A DNA stretch of 64,000 bases, taken from sequence record MN871451.1; one strand, given 5' to 3'. Shown here one piece after another: positions 19,651 through 26,983 of the stretch (the first letter of the stretch is position 1; the number at the start of each line of letters is the position of its first letter). A program made the position numbers and the translations under genes. The notes beneath the pieces are model-generated. The model made no database searches. It had not been told where the DNA came from and worked only from the letters and a program-made list of their open reading frames with translations.

Positions 19651-19789
19651 AATGTTAGGCATCTCCCAATCCGCTGTTCGTATTCGCGTCAGTAAAGGGA
19701 AACTCCCTGCTCCCGATAAACGAGAGGGGAAAGAATTATTCTGGAAACTCGAAACCATTACCGGGGCTGTTGATGGCATACGTCCTTAA
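19625..19789 (+). CDS. AlpA/excisionase-like helix-turn-helix protein (54 aa, not in ORF track)
   Basis: TTG 19625, 9 nt after AAGGA; translates to MKNTKDVAKMLGISQSAVRIRVSKGKLPAPDKREGKELFWKLETITGAVDGIRP. Confidence 0.75.
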   Translation: MKNTKDVAKMLGISQSAVRIRVSKGKLPAPDKREGKELFWKLETITGAVDGIRP

Positions 19790-19967
19790 TACCTTACTTT
19801 GGTTACTGGTCTTATTGAGTGGTAACCTGATTTTCGCTTTTCTGTGGATTGCAATACGGGACGGTCTGAAAAAGAAAACGATGGCAGTTCTACAGTCGTT
19901 AGTCTGTGTCGTTGTCTTCGGCTGGTTGCATTATCTAAGCTTAATTACGTTTATCAAGGATTTCTAG
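19773..19967 (+). CDS. small two-TM membrane protein
   Basis: Two hydrophobic helices separated by RDGLKKK. Confidence 0.65.
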   Translation: MAYVLNTLLWLLVLLSGNLIFAFLWIAIRDGLKKKTMAVLQSLVCVVVFGWLHYLSLITFIKDF

Positions 19968-20381
19968 ATGACCCCCGTTAAACAGCTACTTATTCAGTTC
20001 TTAAAATCTCAGCATACCTTATCGATTATCGCTGAGACGTCGGATGCAGCGGAGCTTTTTCTGAAAGCGGTCGCCCCTGAATTGAAAGAGGAAGTCATCC
20101 TTTTCATTCACAGCGAGTACGGCAATTTAAACGCGAAAGACTTGATGGAGAAAATCAAGTCAGCGAAAAAGGACGCGGAACTTTCCGGGAAACGTATCGT
20201 CTTTGTCGCTGAAAAGAAAATGCCGGTTTACACGTTTGAAGCGTCGTGCGTGATCGAAGTTGAACAGATCGACTTAGGCGACGCACTCTTTAACTTAGGA
20301 AAAATCGCTTTCGATATCACCTTCGTTAAATGTCGCGGTTACACGGTAGATGGCTTTGAAGGCGTCACGTTAGTAGAATAA
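19968..20381 (+). CDS. hypothetical protein
   Basis: AAGGA RBS; 137 aa. Confidence 0.7.
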   Translation: MTPVKQLLIQFLKSQHTLSIIAETSDAAELFLKAVAPELKEEVILFIHSEYGNLNAKDLMEKIKSAKKDAELSGKRIVFVAEKKMPVYTFEASCVIEVEQIDLGDALFNLGKIAFDITFVKCRGYTVDGFEGVTLVE

Positions 20382-20438
20382 TCCTCTCCCTTCCTGCATT
20401 GGCAGGAAGGGAGAGGCTCTATGTCGTATCTTTCTTTT

Positions 20439-21029
20439 TTAGTACATCAAATTACCGTCCAGGAAGCGCGCTACACGTTTCCCTGAACTTTTCCTACCGT
20501 CAGTATGCTTTTCCACTGAACGGCCGTCACGGTGCTCTACTAGCGATTTGATAGGGTAATAGACAGGACCGTCCCACGCACTCCCGATAGCAAAGTCTGC
20601 CGGTTTTCGGTTATCAATTCCCTTTAGGATCTTTTCAATAGAACCCGGGGCGGGCGAATAACAGACACCGTGAATCAATTGATTTAACCGGATCGCTTCG
20701 CGCCCTAACCGTTTAGCGTTAAGAATTGAGTGCGTTACTAATTCCTGGTACTGCGGTGGTCGGCTCGTCCCTAGATAAAAACTGACGAATTGTTCCGGGT
20801 AAACAGTAAACCACTTTTCTGCTTTTTCAATAAAGCCCTCAACCGGAATAGCATCGTCTTCCATGATAACAACGCGTTCATCCTGTTGGACTGCCCATTC
20901 CAAAGCCTTGATGTGGTTAGCCAACGCCCCTGTCCCTACTGTGTCAAGAAACACTTCGCATGGGAGCACACTCGTAAGCTTTTCAATGACTATCTTCCTT
21001 GACACATGTCCTACTACCGCAATACGCAT
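20439..21029 (-). CDS. GT-A fold glycosyltransferase (GT25-like)
   Basis: VVIMEDDAIP, VSFYLGTSRP, LIHGVC, KPADFAI and SLVEHRD motifs; GAGG RBS. Confidence 0.8.
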   Translation of the reverse strand: MRIAVVGHVSRKIVIEKLTSVLPCEVFLDTVGTGALANHIKALEWAVQQDERVVIMEDDAIPVEGFIEKAEKWFTVYPEQFVSFYLGTSRPPQYQELVTHSILNAKRLGREAIRLNQLIHGVCYSPAPGSIEKILKGIDNRKPADFAIGSAWDGPVYYPIKSLVEHRDGRSVEKHTDGRKSSGKRVARFLDGNLMY

Positions 21030-21040
21030 AATAGTTACCT

Positions 21041-22498
21041 CTACTTGTGCTGCCAGAAAGCGATGTCGTTACCGTGACCGTTTCCTTTAAAGACGGTGTT
21101 GACAATCGGACCGTGTACCAGGTTCTCACCAAACTTGAAGGCTTCGATCCCGAACATTACCATATCTGTCGCTGATTCAGGGCCGGTTTCTTCTCGCCAG
21201 AAAATCTCTGATTTCATTTTCCAGACTTGCGCGATCATCCCGTGTGCCACTTTCATGACATCTTCACGTGAACCACCAATAATCCCAGCGTTGACAACCT
21301 GCTGATCTTTATTTTCCTGAATAAACTTTTTCAGGTATTTCTGGTGATTGACTTTATCAAACCACGGGTTACTGTAAGTGGTGTGTTCGTTACCGACGTA
21401 CAGTTTACCGGGCTCCATACTTTCCCATGGTTCTCTCAACATGATAACGTCAGTTCCGTCTGTGCACCAGACCTGTTCAATATCCGGGTTATCGCGGAGG
21501 TATTGGTAGATGTGCAGCCAGCGTAAGAAGTAAGGGGAAAGATTGTTGACTTCGGGAACCTTAATCAGATTCACACCCGTCATCGCTGAGAGTTGATCAG
21601 CAAAGACAATTTTCTCTGCGCCCTTGATACTGTTCGCCCACGCTTGTAATAAAGCGGGGGTCGCCTGCATGTGCTGATTACGCTGCGGGTCTACACAACC
21701 AGTGAGAAGACAAGTCATTACCACCCGACGTGGTTTACGGTACGGAGCGAAACCAGTATAACGCGCTCTCCGCCTGGCGCTATAAATCTTGACGTTACGT
21801 TCGACCTGTTGCTGGCGATCAGCTGGCGGGACTGAACGCGTCACTTCTTCATGTTCATCGAGTGAATAAATGAGTTTGTTACTGCCAACGACGTCGCCGA
21901 AAGGAAATGTTGTTAACCCCGCATTGTGAATTCTTAATGCTAAGTCAACGTGTTCATACATCCCGCGTTGGTAAATAGGATCAAAACCACCGACTTTATC
22001 AATTGCGGATTTATGGTAGTACAACATTACACCACGCTGACCCGAAAGCGCGAAGTGTTTACCGTCATTGAAGACCTCGATAGTATCGTTGATTTTCCTT
22101 TTACCGGCGAGGTCTTTAAATTGATAACCCAGATGCGGTTCAGGGGATTCCATATACGGCACCCACCAATTCTCTGCGATAGGGAAGGCGTCGTCGTCCC
22201 AGAGGTAAAGATGCTCACAGCCGGCGTCAATCAAAAGCTGAAGCGAAGTATTCTTTACCGCAACAATCCCTTCGCTTTTCTCGTGACGGTGCACCTGAGC
22301 CCATTCAGGACCTTTAACTGGGGTATCAGACCCATCGTCGACAATGTAAACCACGGCATTAGGTGGTAGAAACTTTTCGTGTTGCTCTAACGTTCGTTTA
22401 AGGACGTCGTGTCGGTTACGGGTGGAGATCGCTATCCCAATTTTCTTCTCTGCTTGTTCTTCTGGTATATAACGTTTACCATCAATGATTACGTCCAT
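21041..22498 (-). CDS. two-domain glycosyltransferase (GT2 plus a second GT-A-like domain)
   Basis: IAISTRNR, IVDDGS, LYLWDDDAFP, KVGGFD and EHVDLALR in the N-half; WCTDGTDV and NAGIIGG in the C-half. Confidence 0.88.
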   Translation of the reverse strand: MDVIIDGKRYIPEEQAEKKIGIAISTRNRHDVLKRTLEQHEKFLPPNAVVYIVDDGSDTPVKGPEWAQVHRHEKSEGIVAVKNTSLQLLIDAGCEHLYLWDDDAFPIAENWWVPYMESPEPHLGYQFKDLAGKRKINDTIEVFNDGKHFALSGQRGVMLYYHKSAIDKVGGFDPIYQRGMYEHVDLALRIHNAGLTTFPFGDVVGSNKLIYSLDEHEEVTRSVPPADRQQQVERNVKIYSARRRARYTGFAPYRKPRRVVMTCLLTGCVDPQRNQHMQATPALLQAWANSIKGAEKIVFADQLSAMTGVNLIKVPEVNNLSPYFLRWLHIYQYLRDNPDIEQVWCTDGTDVIMLREPWESMEPGKLYVGNEHTTYSNPWFDKVNHQKYLKKFIQENKDQQVVNAGIIGGSREDVMKVAHGMIAQVWKMKSEIFWREETGPESATDMVMFGIEAFKFGENLVHGPIVNTVFKGNGHGNDIAFWQHK

Positions 22499-22564
22499 AG
22501 AGTATTCAACCTGGTTATGTTCAGTGAAAAAGTCATAAGATTAATCTCCAATCTTTTTCATGTA

Positions 22565-22579
22565 TATATTGCCCGAGTG
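22565..22579 (+). promoter_or_regulatory. putative early promoter
   Basis: TGTA-TATATTGC-CCGA-GTG, followed by a hairpin and the AACTAAACC leader. Confidence 0.65.
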
Positions 22580-22638
22580 ATAAAGGAAAAGAATAACCCT
22601 TTTATCATACTTTTAACTAAACCAATAAGGAATATATC

Positions 22639-23271
22639 ATGACCACTTTCACTATTACTGTTTTCGCTAAAGACGCTAACTTTGATTTGACCCCGGACAT
22701 GCTGTCCGAGAATTTCGCCACATTCACGCCGCGCTTCGATTTTGAAAATTCTATCCCGGAAACGGCAGATTTAATCGTGGAGACTCGTATGAGTACGGGC
22801 GACCGTTTTTGGATGTACTGCGAAAATGGAGAGGCGTTTTCCACGATGTGCGACGAGCCAGAATTCCTGGCCAACTGGCCGTACAAACGCGAATACCTCG
22901 ACAGCACGATTCTTACTCCTGATGAACTCGCAGACTTCGAAGAAGATATGGATATTCTTTCTATCGTCTACGGACTAGAAGAGGTTATCGTTAACGTTAA
23001 GCGTTATCGCGAACAGAACCCTGTGAAAGTTATGCCGGGCGACTTCAGCTTTAATCCGGAAACGGATATCTTCATTGACGAAGTGGCTAAAACACAAAGC
23101 GGGGAACGTGAGCATTATCACATGATCATTCGTGACAATGTTATCTACCTCGATAAAACATTGTCGATTGTTAACATGACCGATTATGAACCGATCACTG
23201 TTACAACGATCAAATTCAAACACGCTGAAGATATTAAATTCAGTGCGAACATGGCGCCGTTCTTTAACTAA
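22639..23271 (+). CDS. acidic hypothetical protein
   Basis: AAGGA RBS; 210 aa; Asp/Glu-rich. Confidence 0.75.
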   Translation: MTTFTITVFAKDANFDLTPDMLSENFATFTPRFDFENSIPETADLIVETRMSTGDRFWMYCENGEAFSTMCDEPEFLANWPYKREYLDSTILTPDELADFEEDMDILSIVYGLEEVIVNVKRYREQNPVKVMPGDFSFNPETDIFIDEVAKTQSGEREHYHMIIRDNVIYLDKTLSIVNMTDYEPITVTTIKFKHAEDIKFSANMAPFFN

Positions 23272-23338
23272 TCAAGCACTTACCTGGCAGGGGAGTTCCC
23301 CTACCATTTATACAACTAAACTTATAGAGGAAAGTCAA

Positions 23339-23806
23339 ATGTCATTTTTAAAATCTACTGCTTTAAGCGTTTTTGCTAATCTGAAATACAGCCGTGAAGA
23401 ACGCGAACAGAAATTCCGTGACGCGGCGGCGGCAATGGTCAATGCCGTTAACGATATCGTCCTTCATCATGCCGGGGTTCTGCTTGAGGAGTTAGAAAAT
23501 TTCGATGAAGATAATTGGATTCTCGGCGATGAATGCGGTTCAGCTATCCTGATATTACGTGATCTGGGTCTTGAGCGCATCAATGACCTGGGTAAGTCGG
23601 AAGTCTGTATGAAAGAGACCGGTGAGATTTGGATGTTGATTCATCTGGACGGTGTCTTCAGTGATGACTTCGAACCTATGTTCTTACGTGGTAGGGAACA
23701 TACCGTCATTGAAAGACTGGCGGTTGGCGTTGATGAAGCCGTAGAGAAACTCGGTCTCGCTGGACTGAGACTCTACTTTAACGGTAGTGACATTTTAAAG
23801 AAATAA
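23339..23806 (+). CDS. hypothetical protein
   Basis: ATG 23339 after GAGG. Confidence 0.7.
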   Translation: MSFLKSTALSVFANLKYSREEREQKFRDAAAAMVNAVNDIVLHHAGVLLEELENFDEDNWILGDECGSAILILRDLGLERINDLGKSEVCMKETGEIWMLIHLDGVFSDDFEPMFLRGREHTVIERLAVGVDEAVEKLGLAGLRLYFNGSDILKK

Positions 23807-23870
23807 TACAGCCGGAGGAGGGGTGGTAACCCCTCTTCTTATTTTGTTTTTTAATAAAAGGAGAATCAAT

Positions 23871-24170
23871 ATGTCATTTGCTGATAACGACGCTACAATC
23901 AACGAACTCTCAACGGTCTTCCAGTCGCTCTTTTCGATTAAAGACGAACATGACCTTATCGAACGTCCTCTGTTAACGAGTCGCGCCATTGAACTCCTTG
24001 ATCGTACGATTCAGAGTTTAACTTTTCTGGCGGAACTGGCAGAAGTTCTTGATCCTGAAATCGCCAGTAAACATCGTGACGACATCAAATGTTTCACTGA
24101 GATGAAAACCAAGCTAGAAGCAACTCAGCAAGACGAATGTCGTTTCTGGCTCTCTAATTCTTTCCATTAA
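23871..24170 (+). CDS. hypothetical protein
   Basis: ATG 23871 after AAGGAG, downstream of a terminator. Confidence 0.7.
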   Translation: MSFADNDATINELSTVFQSLFSIKDEHDLIERPLLTSRAIELLDRTIQSLTFLAELAEVLDPEIASKHRDDIKCFTEMKTKLEATQQDECRFWLSNSFH

Positions 24171-24184
24171 TTGGTGTTATAAAC

Positions 24185-24541
24185 ATGAAAAAGATCATTC
24201 TTATTTTAACGTTGGTTTTCCCTTTCTTCGCTAATGCAACAGCGATTATGTTCGAGGATCAAAACTCTAAATGGACGATCACTGATAACCGCGCGGTCAT
24301 CTTTGCGAACGGCAAGAAGTACATCTGCACCGATCCAGAAATCGTCAATGACCAGGTCGATAACGATGGTTTTGTTTACTCCGCCGACACTTACGTTTGC
24401 GGGGATCGTTTTTACTTCGCACTGAAAAGCTATAACAAAACTAATTTATTCCTTTTACGTATTTACGACGGTAAACGTGAAAAAGTGGTCATTGAAAAGC
24501 TGGTAAACAAAAATCAATTCCGTTCTCTCTCCAGTTCTTAA
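24185..24541 (+). CDS. secreted beta-rich protein with two Cys
   Basis: Signal peptide MKKIILILTLVFPFFANA. Confidence 0.75.
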   Translation: MKKIILILTLVFPFFANATAIMFEDQNSKWTITDNRAVIFANGKKYICTDPEIVNDQVDNDGFVYSADTYVCGDRFYFALKSYNKTNLFLLRIYDGKREKVVIEKLVNKNQFRSLSSS

Positions 24542-24554
24542 AAAGGTGCTCAAC

Positions 24555-24893
24555 ATGAAAAAGTTTTTTCTCATTTGTTCGGCAGTTTTCTTAGCCGTTT
24601 TCACTACCTTCTCTGCACAGGCGGTGACTGAAACTTTTCGTAGCGGTCATAATCGTGTAACGGTATCTGGCGACAGAGCTTTCGGTGTTTTTGGCGGGAC
24701 TAACATAGGCTGCCAGTATATGGGCCAGCAAGGTAGTCAATATAAATGGAGTTGTAACAGCGATGACTACCAGTTGGTCTTAGAAAACCATGACAACGAG
24801 CAGGTGGCGGTATTAGGCTTATTCTACAACCGTATGGGTAAATACGTTTCTACAATGGAAGTCCCGTATACCCAAATTAAAACGGTAAGATAA
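24555..24893 (+). CDS. secreted beta-rich protein with two Cys
   Basis: ATG 24555 after AAGGTG; signal peptide ending SAQA. Confidence 0.75.
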   Translation: MKKFFLICSAVFLAVFTTFSAQAVTETFRSGHNRVTVSGDRAFGVFGGTNIGCQYMGQQGSQYKWSCNSDDYQLVLENHDNEQVAVLGLFYNRMGKYVSTMEVPYTQIKTVR

Positions 24894-24973
24894 AACATCT
24901 ACTGAAGGAGGCAAACGCCTCCTTCAGACCATCTCTATGTAATTTCTTTTTTTTGCCTCGAGGGTTTTAAACG

Positions 24974-25315
24974 ATGGAGAAACAACACGTTCTTGAAATC
25001 TTGATCGAGGATAAGGACCGTCTCGTCCTCAACAAGCAATACAAACTGGAACACTATGACCCCAATATCCTTTATACTGATTTCCTCAATCGGCTGATCG
25101 ATAACGACCCTGAACTAGAACCTTATCGTGAAACCATCGATTACTGGTTACAGGGCATTTTCACTGAGGTAAAAAGTAATTGGTTTAAAACCGTCCGTTA
25201 TTACGGCTGGTTATCGGGGATCAAGGTATTTTATCGCTATAAGCCAAAGGCACCTTTATGGTTACGAATTTTCTCTGGGTTCAGTTGGGGATTTAAACCC
25301 CTCATTCGAAAATAA
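24974..25315 (+). CDS. hypothetical protein
   Basis: GAGG RBS; 113 aa. Confidence 0.7.
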   Translation: MEKQHVLEILIEDKDRLVLNKQYKLEHYDPNILYTDFLNRLIDNDPELEPYRETIDYWLQGIFTEVKSNWFKTVRYYGWLSGIKVFYRYKPKAPLWLRIFSGFSWGFKPLIRK

Positions 25316-25420
25316 AGATTCCGTTGACTTTTTATGAACGTACAACTGTGGTTTATTTTGCATACCAAGAAAAAGCTCACTATCCGGTGAGCCTCTTTAA
25401 ACTCTGCTAAGGTGGTATCG

Positions 25421-26233
25421 ATGGGACGTCAAAAGAGTAACGCTAAATTGGATCGCGAAGTTCGTCGTGAGTCTCGCCGTAAACTCAATCAGCAACGCTC
25501 GCTATCGAATGAAGAAACAGCGGAACTTTTTCAGTTTGATAACAGAGGGAACAGCTTCCCTGTTACTCATATTGGGATGGAGAAAGAAAAGCGTGATCGT
25601 AGCCCGATAGAAGCCCGCAACGTCAATCAGGGTCTCTATATGGATGCATTACAGAGTCGGGATTTGATCGTCGCTACAGGATCTGCAGGGTCAGGTAAAA
25701 CGCTTTTGGCCACAGTCTATGCGGTCGATCAGCTCAGCGAGAAAAGCGTTGAAAAAATCGTTGTGACCCGGCCGATGTTGACAGCGGAAGAAGAGATGGG
25801 TTTCCTTCCGGGAACGCAATACGAGAAGTTCCTGCCCTACTTCCGTCCGGTCTATGATATTCTCCGTCGTCGGATGGGACCAAGCTTCCTTCAGTATTGT
25901 CTTCGTCCTGAGATCGAGAAGATCGAAGTTGCACCATTCAGTTTTATGCGCGGACGAACCTTTGACGATGCAGTGATTATTCTTGACGAAGCCCAGAACG
26001 TTACTGTCAACCAGATGCGTCTCTTCCTGACCCGTGTTGGTGACAATTCCACAGTCATCATTAATGGCGACTTAAACCAGTGCGATCTTCCTAAAGGCGT
26101 CAAGTCGGGGTTAGCAGACCTACTTGAACGGATAGAGCGTAAACAGTTAGATATCCCGGTGATTAACTTTACCGATGCTGACTGTGTACGTTCCCCGATT
26201 TGCCAAACCGCCTTAGCGATCTACGCAGAATGA
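25421..26233 (+). CDS. phoH: PhoH-family ATPase (enterobacterial PhoH type)
   Basis: GSAGSGKT Walker A, VTRP, GFLPG, RGRTF, ILDEAQN and NGD..QCDL motifs; MGRQK N-terminus as in E. coli PhoH. Confidence 0.93.
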   Translation: MGRQKSNAKLDREVRRESRRKLNQQRSLSNEETAELFQFDNRGNSFPVTHIGMEKEKRDRSPIEARNVNQGLYMDALQSRDLIVATGSAGSGKTLLATVYAVDQLSEKSVEKIVVTRPMLTAEEEMGFLPGTQYEKFLPYFRPVYDILRRRMGPSFLQYCLRPEIEKIEVAPFSFMRGRTFDDAVIILDEAQNVTVNQMRLFLTRVGDNSTVIINGDLNQCDLPKGVKSGLADLLERIERKQLDIPVINFTDADCVRSPICQTALAIYAE

Positions 26234-26287
26234 ATCTATGGAGAGTGGTAAAAGCCACTCTCCATTCTATTAAAAGGAGCATGGCGT

Positions 26288-26692
26288 ATGTTTAAAAGTA
26301 AACGCAATGACCCCGCGGTATTTGTCAAGGATAATACACTTGGAGATATTTTCTTATACTTACGCAGTGGAGATTTCGACGGGGGTTGTAAGTTGCATTA
26401 TTTGTTTTCTTTGGTGGAAAAGAAAGTAAAAGCAATACCTGACGACTTGTATCAATTAACGTACGGACCAGAAAGAAATTTACGTTTAGCAGATGTTAAA
26501 GACATTGATCCTCATGCCTATTATTTTTGCATCAAGACCCAGCGCCTTTTCCAAGGGTTTAATCGCGTAATGACTAACAATTTCCCTGTCCAATGGTCTG
26601 TGGTAGGGGCTTACGTTTCGTTAGTACGTGAAGCAGTGACGATCCCTGAACATGAATTTGTTTCCGAGTTTAAAAAGGTAGTAAGAGAATGA
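26288..26692 (+). CDS. hypothetical protein
   Basis: AAGGAG RBS; 134 aa. Confidence 0.7.
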   Translation: MFKSKRNDPAVFVKDNTLGDIFLYLRSGDFDGGCKLHYLFSLVEKKVKAIPDDLYQLTYGPERNLRLADVKDIDPHAYYFCIKTQRLFQGFNRVMTNNFPVQWSVVGAYVSLVREAVTIPEHEFVSEFKKVVRE

Positions 26693-26949
26693 ACGTATAC
26701 AAAAAGGTGCATGTCCTTTATTTGCCGGGGAATAAAGAACAGAACAAACTCGAATGGTCTTTCCCTTACTCCGATGACGATGTTAAGGTAGTAGAGGATT
26801 TTCACGCTTTAGATTTAAGTGCGTTAAGTGAACAAGAAAAACATCGTATCACTCAACTAGTAATTGAACTTCCTCGTTACGGGTTAGTGCGCACTGATTC
26901 TGCGGATCCTGTGTTGGGTTTGGTAGTGGTGGCATTAAAGAGAAAATAA
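26689..26949 (+). CDS. hypothetical protein
   Basis: ATGA overlap; 86 aa. Confidence 0.65.
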   Translation: MNVYKKVHVLYLPGNKEQNKLEWSFPYSDDDVKVVEDFHALDLSALSEQEKHRITQLVIELPRYGLVRTDSADPVLGLVVVALKRK

Positions 26950-26978
26950 AGGGTGGGCCAGATGGCCCACCCTTTATT
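26945..26978. terminator. bidirectional terminator between convergent genes
   Basis: AATAAA-GGGTGGGCC-AGAT-GGCCCACCC-TTTATT. Confidence 0.8.
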
Positions 26979-26983
26979 TATTT

